NCBI RefSeq assembly: GCF_009914755.1
Contig: NC_060931.1
Direction: 5' to 3' (one strand)
DNA: 64,000 nucleotides
Source of the DNA: the human T2T-CHM13v2.0 reference genome, Homo sapiens
Shown here: positions 11,601 through 27,500 of the stretch, in pieces
Numbering within the stretch: position 1 is the stretch's first letter
Layout: every line of letters begins with the position of its first letter
Program-made: the position numbers and the translations under genes
The notes under the pieces: model-generated
Told to the model about the DNA's origin: nothing
Database searches by the model: none
What the model saw: only the letters and a program-made list of their open reading frames with translations

Positions 11601-14600
11601 TGTTTTCTTCCAAAATTTTTGATGCAGTGGAAGACCATTAGAAGCACTTGACAATTTATGCCTAGAAAACATAAGGTTAATTGCTCAGTTCATTCAGAGT
11701 AAACAAAAAACCAATAAGATCTTGTATTCAAATATTCAGTAGATTTTAATAGAAATTTCTAAAAAAAAAAGGACATTTTTCACTTTGCTGAATCTATTAG
11801 AGAAAGTCAGCTCTCTATAATTTGTCCTGTTCACTAATCTTTTTCTATAATTTCCAATGAGGTGTATTAACATTACCCTGGAGTCTTTAATAATTTTACC
11901 TAACATGCTGAAATTGTATCTCTCCTCTAAAAGATCAAAGGCCTTCTGACTCTGGTACTCAAGAATTACCTATAATTAGTGCTTTTCTTTTCTGCATACT
12001 ATATCCTCGAGTAGCAAAGCAAGCTACTCGATTTTTTTAAAAAACAATTCTGATAATCTTATTTGCATTGAATTTTATCTTCTGGTATATCATTGTTTTA
12101 CAAAGGCTATATTAAAGCCGCTGATATGTTTTAAATTTAATTCCCAGAAATATGTTTTCTGAACAAAGTTTCTTACTTCTACAGAACATTTTATGTGTAG
12201 GACAACATAGAAGGAATGAAGAACTGTATTTTTTTAAAGGTTTATCCTAGTTACCGTGTGTTTGAAAGAGGGAAGCAGAATGTAACTATTTTATTCTATA
12301 GTAGGTTAGATTTTATTATAAAATAAAAATACCATGATTGTAAGATCTCCTAAGTTCAGCTTGGATAAATTAGCCTGCTTATACAATGAAAATTGTATGA
12401 AAATGGAGCCACTAGCTAGCTCCCTTATTCAGATCCCTTTTTTTCTTATGTATCTAACAAATGACTATAAATGTTTGAGTCCAGTTTTCACTAACACGTA
12501 CTATGATTAAAGAGTTATAAAGAGAATTCCTAAGATAGAATTTGTTAAGTTCTTTAGGTTCAAATATAAATTATTTATTTAGAATGCAACTCACTGGATT
12601 TGGTTTTCAAGTAAAAAAAAATTTTCACCCTTCAAATTTTTCAAGAAATATAATTTTCCACTCTCTCATAGTATAAACTCATCTGCAATCAAGTGGATAA
12701 TATTATAGTATTGTCAATGACAAATACCAGTTGAATCACTTGAAAAATAACATGTAAACTTCTGTCATTATATCTTGTTTTTTAGCAACCATTTTAAATA
12801 CAGTATATATTACTACCCTCACTTTAAAAAAAGGAGACTAACTAATTGACAAAGGTCACACAACTGGATTAAATGTTTCCATCAAGATAGCCCAGGATTA
12901 TTGGCAAAATTGTGGTAATCTATTATGTGATAATAATTTTGGGCCAAATTCATGTGTGTACTCCTAGGCGTGTATATATTGTGGAGACAGGAGTGGTTAT
13001 TTATGGGGAGATTAGCATTAGTGTGTGTATAAAGTGGGGAACTGGGGACCCAGGATTTGTGAGGAGTATATTCTGGAAAGATGAGTTACAATCAAGATAG
13101 GGAATAAATGCTTACCCATTTCCTTTCCAAAACATTAGCTTATGAAGGCATACTTTTTTTTTGTTTGTTTTATGTAGGGAGTTACAACGGACTCAAATGG
13201 TAATAACAATGTATTTCATTCATTGAACAACGCTTGCTCTTCAGACGTTTTATATATTCCATCTACAGCCTTAAAGAACTGTCCCTTATTTATCTTTGTC
13301 TTTGTAGCCCATAGAAAAGTCAGCTAGTCTATATTAGATGTTTAATAAACAAATTTGTATTATTTCTCTAATCTTTCCAGCAATTCTACAAGGTAGATAT
13401 CATTTCCACCTCTTTTGGAAGAAAGTAATTTATCAGCTCTAACTCAAAAACCCATGCTTGTCCCATGCCACTAAGCTGAGGCCATTGATGAGAGATATTT
13501 CGGATATTTTTTTTCAAATCTATGGTTTCACCCAAAATAAATGATTGTCAATCTATTAATTTCATTTTTATTTATATGTATATCAGAGCCTCTATTATTG
13601 AAAGCTATGGGGTGGCCTCCTAGCACATTCTCATGTTTTAGGGCTAAGTGGGGGCTGAGGGAAGAGGCATTTTTAAGTGTTTTCATTAATTTTTTTTCCC
13701 CAAGGAAGAATAATTCTGTAAGCTTTCATTAATACCTTTATTTGAAATAACCCAGATTCAACGAGATATTTTATACAATAAGGCAGGCATTCTGGCCTAA
13801 TAAGATTTAAAAGTTCTGTGAAAGTAGGACAAGCCTGCACATTCTCTCTGTATTCTGTTATATAAAGAAATCCTTTCTTTCTGAGATAAAGCCAGAAAGA
13901 ACACAATTTTAAGCAGAAGAAAAGTTTTTTCTGATTGATCTCCTTCAGTGTTTTTTTGGCATTTTTGTCCTTTTGGTATGTGCTTCTTAGCATTTATTTT
14001 ACTGTGTCTGAAAATAACCAGATTTCTTTAAATTTTTTTGTAAGGGAAAGCCTCTTACTATTTTATAGGAGACAACAACAACAAAAATGTTTCACTATTA
14101 CAGAGGAAAAACTGAAATTGTAAATGGACATTACATTTAAAACATCTAGAGTTTTGAAATAATTTTTAAAAGCCTCAAGACCACAAAGCCCAGGAATGAG
14201 GTAGGAGAGCTGGTATGATAGACCAACATGCTAGCAAAGTCTCCTTCCAGAAAGCAGTCAAGCTTAACGAAACAAGGTTGTTTCCTGAGTTCCGAAGGCC
14301 TTGGCTACAACTCCCAAGCATTTATATTGACTTTTGATCTAAAAGCAGAGCACCCACCCAGGAAAAGTAGTGGGTCTGTATATCTTCTTTAAACTCGGAA
14401 TAACATTAGCATCGTCATATAACCCATTTAGAAAATAAAACCAGAAAAAGTATAATGTAAGAAAAACTAGGAGCTCCTGTGAGGAAAAATAATCTGTGTC
14501 TGTAAGTGAGAAGCTACCAATAGCTGTAGAACAACCTCCAGCTTCTCCCAGGAGTGGATGGTGGTGACCCTGCAGTCAGATAACCTCTGAGTGAACCTGT

Positions 14601-14949
14601 GAAGACCTCCTGAATGAACGTAAATAGCGGTGGCAGTCAAATGTTCCATTGGTCCATTAGGTTACTTGCATCATTTCTCCCTCTTTGTCCTTAATCTTAT
14701 CACTCTTAAAATGCAATAAATGTGATCCTCCTTGCAGTTTTAACTGACTGTCTGGTTTTATGCTTTCTTCAGAAGCAACATAAAGGAATATTTTACTGTT
14801 CCATTCTATAAAACCCTTTCTAAACACTATTTTTCCAGCTAACACTTTACCTCCCTTCCTTAACTGTCATGCTAGATGAAAGAGCAAACTCTAATTCCAC
14901 CCCAATTATTTCTTCTTAATCCACTTGTGCTATTCTTTTTTTTTTTATT

Positions 14950-15430
14950 CTCTTCAGTTCCCCTCTTCATTAGTCTCTTGCCTTCTTTTGCCCCAAGAGG
15001 AAGAACACTATGAACTTCATCACCTGGGTTTCCTTAGCTTCTGACTTCCAGGGTTTCAGTAATAATTACCAGCAAGAAATCTGAAGGTAAGAGGAGAGAG
15101 CCCAGGGTACCTATATCCTTCTGTCTTCCAATCCTGTCTGTTGTGGCATTGTTTTGCAGAGGTTATGACTTCCTACAAGGCTGTAGCTCTTACCCGGGAT
15201 CCCCTCCAACATGGCGATAGCTCTTGCTGGATTCCGGCAGCAGCCTCCCTCCTCATGATTCTTTAGACCAAAAGGTAGTAATGGCTTTTTGTTGGGGTTA
15301 GTTCCTGTGTGCTTGCTTCATCTTCCCTAGTTAGTTCCTTTCTCCTTCTTCCCTTTGTAGGAGCTCATTTCATTAAATTCTTTTTAACTACCCTCTTGAA
15401 CATGTCAGCTGATTCTTGCTAGGACCTTAT
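14950..15430 (+). mobile_element. ERVL solo LTR (LTR33-like)
   Basis: catcacctgggtttccttagcttctgacttcc...gaggagagag...ttcattaaattc...ttgaacatgtcagctgattcttgctaggacc. Confidence 0.6.
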
Positions 15431-15784
15431 GTAAGAGCCACTATTGCATATGAAGTTAGATAAGAATCCAGAATTTTTTTCTCTTTATAGGGAGGTATTC
15501 TCCCAATTCCATCTATTAGACAGTCCCATTTGACTTGTGATGCCACTTTTGGTTCTCACGTATTCCTGGATCTATCTCTATGCTTTGTACACTGTGCCAT
15601 TATTCCTTTCATTTTGCACAAGTACCAGACCATTTTTATCATTATATCTTGATACCTTGCAGGGTAACTTTATCCTTGTATAAGTCGGGATAGACTAGAT
15701 TCTGCTGCAGCAAAAAAAGTTGCTTTTGTTTTCCTATAGGTATCTTGGTTATTTTATATGTTAATTCCAAAATACTTTAATAAT

Positions 15785-17155
15785 TTTTTTAAAGATTGGT
15801 TTTAGAGCAGTTTTATGTTCACAGCAAAATTGAGAGGAAGGTACAGAGATCTCCTGTATACACCCTGTCCCCAGACATACTTAGCCTCTCCCATTATAAA
15901 CACTTTCCACCAGGGTAGTTCATTTGTTACAATTGATACACCTACAATGACACATGATACATCAGTATCGCCCAAAGTCCAACATATAAATTAAGGTTCA
16001 TTCTTGTTGTACATTCCAGGGGTTTGGAAAAATACATGACATATATCCACCATTATAGTATCATAAAGTATTTTACTGCCCCCCAAGTCTTCTGTGTTCT
16101 GCCTATTCATTCCTTCTCCCCGCTAAACCCCTGGCAGCCACTGATCTTTTTGCTGTTTCCATAGTTCTGCTTTTTCCTAATGTCGTATAGTTGAAACGAA
16201 GTAGATATAGATTTTTTAGATTTTTTTCATTTAGTATGCATTTAAGTTCCTTCCATGTCTTTCATAGCTTTATAGCTCATTCTTTTCAGTATTGAACAAT
16301 ATTCCATTGTCTGAACAATAAACCACAGTTTATTTATCCATTCATCTACGGAAGGACTTGTTGTTTGCTTCCAAGATTTGGCAATTATGACTTAAGCTGC
16401 TATAAACATCCATGGGCAGGTTTTTTTGTGGTCATGAGTTTTTAATTCCTTTGGGTAAATATTAAATAGCATGATTGTGGAATCATATAGTAAGAGCATA
16501 TTTAATGTTGTATAAAATCGCCAAACTGTTTTCCAAAGTGGCTGTACCATTTTGCATTCCCACTGGCAACGAATGAGCATTCCTGTTGCTCCACATCTTC
16601 TCCAGCATTTGGTGGTGCCAGTGTTCTGGATTTTGGTCATCTAATGGGTGTGTAGGGGTATATCACTGTTGTTTAATTTGCATTTCCTTGATGGCATATG
16701 ATATAGAACATCTTTTCATATGCTTATTTGCCATCTATACATTTTTGGTAAGGTGTCTGTTAAGGTCTTTGGCTCATTTTTTAAATTTGTTGTTTGCATT
16801 CCTTAAAGTTCTTTTATAGTTTGGATAACAGACCTTTATAAGTCTTTTGTAAATATTTTTTCCCAGATTGTGGGGCTTACAGTTTTATTCTTTTGACAGT
16901 GTCTTTCTCAGATCAGAAATGTTGTAATTTTAATGAAGTCCGATTATTGAATTTTTCTTTCATAGACTGTGCCTTTGATATTATCCCCCCAAATTGTCTA
17001 GATTTTCTCCTATGTTATTTTCTATGAGTTTTATAGATTTGCATTTTGCATTAAAGTCTATAATTCATTTTATGTTAATTTTTATAAAGCATGAGTTCTG
17101 TGTCTAGGTTAACTTTTTTGCATGTGGAGGTCCAATTGTTCCAGCACCATTTGTG
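15785..17155 (-). mobile_element. L1MC1-like 3' region (3'UTR and ORF2 C-terminus)
   Basis: gcagttttatgttcacagcaaaattgagaggaaggtacagag. ORF 16392..16640 encodes the ORF2p C-terminal motif (KCWRRCG...[14 protein letters not shown]). Confidence 0.85.
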
Positions 17156-17455
17156 AATAGATAAAATACTTTTTAGTTTTGATATTATGAATAATATCAT
17201 TATTGTTGTTACTGTCATTATGTATTTATGGTTACTTACTGGTGATATGAATAAATTCTTATTAGTTTTAACACTGATCTCTTGATTTAGTCAGTTTTTC
17301 TATATAGGTGTTCACATTGTTAACAAATAATTGGTTTTATTTTTTTCCCTTGCAATTTTTATGTACCTTTGCATCTAATTTCATTTTCTTTTCATATATA
17401 TTAACCAAAACCAATACTACGTTAAATATTACTAGAGGTAGTGGGCATCCTTGTT

Positions 17456-18356
<901 letters not shown>

Positions 18357-19690
18357 CCCAATCACAACTGCCACAAGAAGAATAAAATACCTAGGAATAC
18401 AGCTAACCAGGGAGGTGAAAGCTATCTACAATGAGAATTACAAAATACCGCTCAAAGAAATCAGAGATGACACAAACATATGGGAAAACATCCCATGCTC
18501 ACGGATAGGGAGAATCAATATCAAGAAAATGACCATATTGCCCAAAGTAATTTATAGATTCAATGCCATTCCTATCAAAACACCAATGATATTCTTCAGA
18601 GAACTAGAAAAAAATATTTTAAAATTCATATGAAACCAAAAAAGAGCATCAATACTCAAGACAATCCTAAGCAAAAAGAACAAAGTAGGAGGCATTATGC
18701 TCCCCTACTTCAACCTATACTGTGGGGCTATAGTAACCAAAACAGCATGGCACTGGTACAAACACATGGACCAATGGAACCGAATAGAGAGCCCAGAAAT
18801 AAGGCTGTACACCTACAACTATCTGATCTTTGGCAATGCTGACAAAAACGAGCAATGGGAAAAGAGGTCTCTCTTTAATAGACCTTGCTGAGGTCAGCTA
18901 AGCCAGTTGACTAGCTATATACAGAAGATTGAAACTGGACCCCTTCCTTACACCATATGCAGAAATCACCTCAAGATGGATTAAAGACTTAAATGTAAAA
19001 CCAAAAAGTATAAAAACCCTGGAAGATTTACCTAGGTAGGTAATATCTAGGTCCCTCTGGACATAGGAATGGACAAAGATTTTATAATGAAGACGCCAAA
19101 AGCAATTGCAATAAAAGCAAAAATTGACAAATGGGATCTAAGAAAACTAAAGAGATTCTAAAGAAACTATCAAGAGAGGAAACAGACAAACTACAGAATG
19201 GGAGAAAATTTTTGCAAACTATGCATCTGACAAATATCTAAGTCTAATATCCAGCATCTATAAGGAACTTAAACAAATTACAAGCAAAGGCAAACAACCC
19301 CATTAAAAAGTGAGAAAAGGACATGAACAGACACATTTCAAAAAAAGACTTTCATGCAGCCAACGAGCATATGAAAAAAAGCTGAATATCACTGATCATA
19401 GAGGAATGCAAATCAAAACCACAATGAGATACCATATCATACCAGTCATAATGGCTCTTATTAAAAAGTCAAAAAATAACAGATGCTGGCAAGGTTGTGG
19501 AGAAAAGAGAACACTTGTATGCTGTTAGTGGGAGTGTAAATTAGTTCAACCACTGTGGAAAGCAGTTGAGTGATTTCTCAAAGACCTTAAAACAGAACTA
19601 TCATTTGACCCAGCAATCCTATTACTGGTATATACTCAAAGGAATATAAATCATTCTATTATAAAGACACATGTATGCATATGTTCATTG
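18357..19690 (+). mobile_element. Primate L1 (older L1PA/L1PB-like) ORF2 3' half, lacking the 3'UTR
   Basis: ORF fragments [13 protein letters not shown]...[19 protein letters not shown]...[11 protein letters not shown] and [10 protein letters not shown]. Confidence 0.92.
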
Positions 19691-20779
19691 AATATTGTTT
19701 TCTTTTGTTTGTGGCATCATTTGCTGAACAAAAGTTTTAATTATTAGTCTTTTACATTATGGTTTTGAGTTTAAAATTTCTTTATTATTTGGCCATCAGA
19801 TAGATATTTATTTTCTTCTGAAAGTTTTAGAGTGTTACTTTTTATTTTGAATACTTAAACCATTCACAGTTATTTTTTGTTGCTTTTTACAATGTGAAGT
19901 ACTAGTATTTTTTTTCCATGTAGGCAACCGATTTTCTCTGAGTCATTTATTTATCTGCCATGCCTTTCAATTTTTTTTATAAATAAAGTTTCCTGACCCT
20001 TGAGGATTTTTTCCTGGCCATCTGCTCAGTTTCTTTGGTCTGCTAGATTATACCTGTGCTGTACTAAAATATTTTATGTAATATTATACTTGATAACTAG
20101 AAACAGCTCTATTTTATCATTTTTCTTCAAAATTTTTTAGTCCTTTGGTCTTTTATGTAAATTTTAGGGTCACCTCTCAAAATTCAACAGCAAACTTTAT
20201 TTTTGTTATTTAATTGAACTTTCATGACATTTATATATTAACTTCTTGTTAACATATCAATCTTCATGATATTCATCTTTATGACATACTGTATTCACGT
20301 CTTCTTTTGTGAACATTAACAATAGATTTTTTACTTTATCATACAGATATTATGAGTATTTTGTTAGATATATTTCCTGGAGTCTTAGACTTTCTGCTGC
20401 TATTGTTAAAAAGTTCTTTTTAAAACCGTGTTTTGAAGTGGTCATTGCAGGTGACATAGGAAAGATATTGCTTTTTGCCTTGATTTTTTCTCTTTGTCTG
20501 GTTTTCACATAATTTTTTACCAGCTTTATTTTGAATAATAACTGAATAATATGTATCTTTTCATCCTCCCTTTTCAACCTTTCTGTGAGATCCAACTTTA
20601 GATGCATTTTCTGTAAACAACATGTAGTTAGATATATTTAATTACTTTGATTAACTTTGTCTTTTATTTGATGATTTAAGTGAATCAACATGAATTTGTG
20701 GTGATTTGGAATTAATCATGTGTTTTTCAAATTCCTTTTTCATTGTACTTTTTCTACTCTTTTCCTTCTACATCCTTAA

Positions 20780-21100
20780 CGAAAGCTTTTAGCTATCGGT
20801 AACAGAAAATCTTACTTAGAATGAAGAAACAAACAGGAAATTTTTTTTCTGATGTAACAAGAAATCTAGAGGTAGACATAGGTTTACCACCTCAATATTG
20901 GTTTAGGAACTGGGTTTTTTCTTTATTTTTGCTCTATATTTTTTTTTCTTTCTTTCTTTCTTTTTTTTTTTTTTAGACAGAGTCTTGCTCTGTTGCCCAG
21001 GTGGAGTGCAATGGCTGTAATTTTTATTATTCGTTTTCATCATTTTTGTCTCATCGTTGCAAGATGCCTGCTACATACCCAGGGATCACTTTTGCCTTCT
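20780..21100. mobile_element. MaLR LTR relic (MLT1J/K-like) interrupted by a short Alu 3' fragment (~20940-21015)
   Basis: gtaacagaaaatcttact...gtaacaagaaatctagaggtag; T-tract followed by agacagagtcttgctctgttgcccagg. Confidence 0.5.
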
Positions 21101-21315
21101 GGACAATAGTATGGGTAAGGGATATAAGGGTTTTACATCACAGGGTTCTTGCAAAGATGAAATGAACTAATAGAGTGTTCAGCATATTTTAAGCTCTCAG
21201 TAGGTGTTAGTTATCAACAGTTGTTCTACAATAGAAATTACTCCTTACCATCCAGTTATTGTAAACCTCTTTCTCACTAAAAGTTCAGCTAATATGCTGT
21301 ACTACATTTGGTTGG

Positions 21316-21429
21316 CAGGAACACCACATTTATAACTCCAGAGGGTACCATTCACAAACCGGTTTATGTGAATAGTGCCTCTTGAAATTGGCTGTTTACA
21401 TCTTACTTGTCCATATATGGGCAGTACTG
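21316..21429. mobile_element. MER91-like palindromic hAT MITE relic
   Basis: Imperfect hairpin aactccagagggtaccattcaca...tgtgaatagtgcctcttgaaatt. Confidence 0.6.
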
Positions 21430-21639
21430 GTCTCAGGCCTCTTATTAAATGAGACATTCAAGATTATTACAGTTTTTGATAAATACAAAATACAATTGCC
21501 ATTAAAGTTGAAATTATTAAGTAGAGAATTTAGTAATCTATCTTAAACGAACTAATAGAACGTTTGTTCTGTGGACTAATTGCTATGGTTCCCCACTTCC
21601 TTTGAAAACCTGCTATCAATTTTCAGTCTTCTGGATTGA

Positions 21640-21945
<306 letters not shown>

Positions 21946-22563
21946 TAACAATATTAGAATTCTTCTAAGCCCACATATGTCTGACATTTTCCTCAAATGG
22001 TAAAGACAGTATCTGTTACAAAAATTTATTTTTTTGAGACAGTCTCAAATAAATAAAAGAAGCTTGAAATTGTAAAAATTGGGTGAATCATAATATTCAG
22101 ATTGGTTGTTGTATGTTGAGAGTACACCATTTGATGCTGCAGGGATTGGGCTATAACTTTAGCTCACATAATTTAATTCTTGGGAACAGACTCAAAAGCA
22201 GTTCCTCATAGTGGATTTGTATGAGTTTTCTGAGAAAGAGGAAGAGTAAACTATTTTTAAATAATCAAAACACTAATAAATATTCAACAAATAAGAGAAA
22301 TAAATAAGCAGTAATTTTGAAAATAAATAAATTAATAAAAAATCAATAGATTTAAAAAATTTTTCATTTACCCAAATTAATTTATAAAAATTCTTCATTT
22401 CAGGTAAGGTAAAGATCATGTTCCTGACAATGTTTAATATAAATTTAATTAAATATATTTATTATATTATGACTTACAATATAAAGAAACTGCCATTTCT
22501 TGTTTATTTCTTCTAAAAATAACCAACAACCCCCTCCAGCCCCCCAAAAAAACCCAAAACAGA

Positions 22564-22726
22564 GTACATGTGCAGAACGTGTAGGTTTGTTCCGTAGGTA
22601 TACGTGTGCCATGGTGGTTTGCTGCAACTATTTACCCGTCCTTTAAGTTGCCTCCCTTTGCCCCCCCACCCCCCAACAGGCCCTGATGTGTGTTGTTCCC
22701 CTCTCTGTGTCCATGTGTTCTCAATG
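22564..22726 (-). mobile_element. L1PA 3'UTR fragment
   Basis: gtacatgtgcagaacgtgtaggtttgtt...gtgccatggtggtttgctgca...gtgtccatgtgttctca. Confidence 0.85.
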
Positions 22727-22771
22727 AGTAACTGCCATTTCTGCTAATGCATGTAATTACATTTGTGTTCT

Positions 22772-23560
22772 TATGATATATATTGGTTTTCATCCAGGGT
22801 TCCTGGTTTATAACTCCCACAGCCCTTATTACAGTCTTTTGTTACAATGTTGGGTGTGTGAGGCTTCAGGGGCAGGCCTCAGGAAATAGAATCTCTCTCC
22901 TGCCCTCCTTTCAGCTGCCCCAAGGCAGAACTCTAATCTTCTCCCACCTTTCTGATGTGAGTCTTAAGACCCTCCCCAGGGAAGGTCCCACCCTGTACTC
23001 TGTGGGAAGAAATGTTGACATCATGAAGCTTCCATAAAAACCCAAGAGGATTGGGTTTGAGGAGCTTCTGGAGAGCTGAACACATGGAGGTTCCTGGAGG
23101 GTGGCATGCCCAGGGTGGGCATGGAAGCTTCTCGCCCCTTCCCCCATACCTTGCCCTGCACATCTCTTCATCTGTGTCCTTGATAGTAAACCTGTAAACA
23201 TAAGGTTTCCCTGAGTTCTGTGAATTGTTTCAGCAAATTAATCATACCCACAGAGGAGATCACAGGAACCCCAACTTGAAGCCAGTCGGTCAGAACTTTC
23301 TAAGGCCCAGACTTGTGACAATACTTGTGTGTATTGGGAGGCAGTCTTGGGGACTGAGCCCTTGACCTGTGGGTTCTGACACTAGCTCCAAGTAGATAGT
23401 GCTGGAATTAAATTGGAGGACACCCAGCTGGTATCTGTAATTTGGTGTGTGGGGAAAACAGCCCCCTAACCTCTGACGTTTGGTCACAGAAATCTCTGTT
23501 GCTTGTTGTGGTGTGAGAATTGTGGAAAAACATGATTTGAGGAGAGGTTTCTTGAAATAA
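22772..23560 (+). mobile_element. MER21-family solo LTR (MER21A-like)
   Basis: gctgaacacatggaggttcctggagggtggcatgcccagg...tttccctgagttctgtga...cagtcttggggactgagcccttgacctgtggg. Confidence 0.85.
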
Positions 23561-24544
23561 CATTCCCTTCCTTTTCCAGAAAAAAATCTTCTATACATAA
23601 ATGCTCAGTTACAGCATGCAAACTACTAATAATTTATTTCATTATTTTCATTTATTTTGCTTAAATCACAGGGACTGGCTATGTCTGTTTTAGAGGACTG
23701 ATTTTACAGTGCATCCAATATTGTAAATCTACTGTGGCAACATATGCTTAGCCAGAAGAAGTCGAAAGAGAAGAGAGTAGAATGTTCTATTCTGGAAATA
23801 GTTTTCATGTCACATATAAAAATGATATACTAAATGAATTATGTATAAATTCTAAATGAGCTTTGAAACTTTTTTACGTTAATATAAAATAGTATAGAAT
23901 ATCAAAATCCATTTCAGAAATTTACTACGGTTCACTGTTATGTTTTTCATTTCAAGCAAAACTCTTCTAAAGTTTCCATAATATAAATATATTTGAAAGT
24001 GTCTTATATGTTAGTATATACAGAGATGCCTTAACACAATCTCTTATTTTATCTGTCTAGTATCTTTTCTCCTCTTTCACCACTATCTCAAGAACATCTA
24101 CTCCCAAATGCATATGGTTCTCTTAAGCTGGAAACCACCATACTCAATTTTCTTTGTCACGATGTTTGTTCCAGGTAAGTGCATCTGACCCACATAGGAA
24201 AAACCAGAGTGCTTCACTGAGGATGTTAGACATATTTTCTCCTTTGGGTCAAGAGTGTAAAACTAGGCCTCAAAGGAGCCAGCAACTTCATCCCTTGCCT
24301 TATAGAACAACCTGAGAAAAGGCCAACTTTCAGAGAAAAGCTGAGAAAAGATGTGAGAACTAAACAGGCTTGAGGCTGGTCTTTCCTGAGACTATGATAT
24401 CTACATGTGAATTTCTTAGTATGGCCACCAGTAAACATTCTTTGGTTTTGAGTTTGTTTGTGTAGTTTTCCATCTCTTACCAGTGAAAATACTGCCTTAT
24501 CTTAGAGTTAAAGAAATATCACATTTAAAAATTGCACCCTAGAG

Positions 24545-24863
<319 letters not shown>

Positions 24864-25239
24864 CTAGATGTAATGAAAAATTTAATGAATGTTAAAATTA
24901 TTCAATATTGTTTTTAAATTAATTAAAAATAATTTAGGCATAAGAGAACATAAAGAATATATCATAAGAACTCATGCAATGGCTGGTCAGCTTAAGAAAT
25001 CAAACAAATTCAGATGAAGCCAATAGGGTAATCCTTTCCCAATTGCTTCTCTCTCTCTTACCCCTGAAGTAATCATTATTAACTTGATTATTATAATTAC
25101 CTTGTTATTTTAATTATATATAATTATATATGTATAGTTATATGTATTACATGTATGTATATATAGACACATACATACATGAATCCGGAAGAAATAGGCA
25201 AATTCTTAGCCCTTCTCACTATATTAAATGATAAACCTG

Positions 25240-25660
25240 ATACAGACATCATCATTTCTTTCCTGAATAATTGCAACAAATATTCGGAGGTCTTTCTTCT
25301 TTGACCCTTTTTCTCTTCAGAATATTCTCAGAAGAGTAATTAGGATCATCCTTTTAAAACTTGAGCCAGACTGTTTCATTCCTCACCTCAAAACCCTCCA
25401 ATACTGTCCCACACCATGTTGTGAGAGTTCTTGCAGTGTTCAACAAGGCTTCTATTCTCTCTCTGACCTCATCACCTACCATTCTCTCCACTGCTCACTT
25501 CACCTGGGTCATACTCTTCCTGAAGGTGCTGGGCACACTTCTGCTGGTCAGCCGGGAACGTTATTTGTAGGATTCACACAGCTCTCTCCCTCATTTTCTT
25601 CAGTGATTACCCAAATGTCATTTTCTTGTGAGGCCTTTCCGGATAATATTATTTCCAAGA
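25240..25660 (+). mobile_element. L2 relic
   Basis: atccttttaaaac...ttcctcacctcaaaaccctccaa...caaatgtcattttcttgtgaggcctttcc. Confidence 0.65.
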
Positions 25661-26325
25661 TTTTTTTTCTTTTTTAATTGCAGATGCCCAGAATTGAATT
25701 GCCCGTATTCATCAATTCACAGCACACAACCACACAATTAACATCTGTCTCTGCCAGAACCTGTATTTGTTTGGTACTTTGTTTAGTTTATATTTTTCCC
25801 TTTTATTTTCCTAACTTTATCATCCTCATTACCCTCCCAACCAAAGGCAACCAGTCTTGAGTATTTACTGTATTTCTTTTCAATTCAACTTCTATGTATT
25901 TGTTTACATGAATGTTTACAAAAAGGTATATCTGTGAGAATGTCTAGTTTGGCTTTCTATCTATTTATTCTGAACTAAAATAATATCATGCTGTGAATCT
26001 CATTATTTGTACTCGTTTATTTCTCAAATCTATATTTTTGAAATCTATTGATTTTATTACATGTAGATCTAGATAATTTTTTTCTGACAGTTGCATGGTA
26101 TTCCATTACCTGCCTATAATATATTTTATGTATCTGTTCCTCTAGTTATGGAGAAATAAATATATTGCCTCCAGCTTTTTACAACCACAAAAAACTGGAA
26201 AACATTTCTTTACTAATGCCTTTGTAAATGTTTACTTACCAAATAATTTAAGTTTCTTCGGTATTATTTTATATTTCATTTTTTCCTTTAGCATCACAAA
26301 ACAATTATTCTTTATTATTCCAGGA

Positions 26326-26665
26326 CAGTGGTCCTCAACCTTTTTGGCAGTAGAGACTGGTTTTGTGGAAGACAATTATTCCATGGATTGGGGGCTGTGG
26401 GGGATGGTTTCAGGATGAAACTGTTTCATCTCAGATCATCAGGCATTAGATTCTCATAAGGAGCACACAACCTAGATCCATCACATGCGCAGTTCACAAT
26501 AGGATTTGCATTCCTAAGAGAATCTAATGCCACTGCTGATCTGACAGGACGCAGAACTCAGGAGGTGATGCTCGCTTGGCTGCCACTCACCTCCTACTGT
26601 GTGGCCTGGTTTCTAACAGGCCACAGACCAATACAGGTCTGTGGTCCTAGGGTTGGGGACCCCTG
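26326..26665 (+). mobile_element. MER1B (hAT-Charlie MITE)
   Basis: Terminal inverted repeats cagtggtcctcaacc...ggttggggacccctg; 340 bp with the characteristic internal sequence. Confidence 0.92.
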
Positions 26666-26829
26666 TACTAGAAGAAATAAAGCTTTCAAAGTTATAAGCT
26701 AAGAAATTATTCTATATATTTCTATAGCCCACTATCTTCCCATCTCCCAATCATTTCAGCTCATAGTTTTGCAAAAGAGATAGAACTTAAAAAGATCATT
26801 ACAATTACAGGGTGATTGGCGCAATGATA

Positions 26830-27500
26830 GAGGCACTGACAGGAGCAAGAGAAAACTTCCTTAACAGAGCCAGATGGAGAGCGCCCATAGATAGGTTCTT
26901 GAAAAAGTAAGCTGAGGGGTGGGTCTCAAAGGATGAAAAGGTGTTTTCCAGGATCAAGCATTTTGGGAATGGGTGATCATATTAAGCAAAGAGAACAGCA
27001 GGAGCAAACTTAACAAGAGAAACTGCAGAGCCTGTGTGGAAGACTCAACACAATTTTGATATAACCAGATGTAAATTGGGAGAAAGGACATGTCAGGAGA
27101 TAAACTGGAGAAGTAGAAAGAGGGGCTGGTTGTGGTAAAACCTAGCTAGAGTTATATGGTTCATGAGGTCCACAGAAATATTTTATGCTAGAGAGTGACA
27201 AAGTCAGATTAGATAGCGGCTGTAAAAGAGATGTGAAGATGATGATAATTCATCTTCAAAAACTTCTAAGGTAGATTAGGAGATCAGTGTGGACACTAGG
27301 CATTTCTTTTGGTGAAATGTGATGGAAACCTAAAGTTAGGCAGTAGTTAGAATGAAAAAAAGGAAAGAGATTTAAGAAATCCTGAAGAGGTAAAATCTGC
27401 AAGGATTTGGCAATTGCCTAACCGTGGAAATGAGACAGTGATTAGAAGAATAATGTAACTAAAACCAAACCTGAGATATAAAATACAGGAGGAGAAGAAA
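26830..27500 (-). mobile_element. L2 relic (approximate)
   Basis: Purine-rich antisense L2 motifs such as aagctgagg...tctcaaaggatgaaaagg and gaggtaaaatctgcaaggatttgg. Confidence 0.55.
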
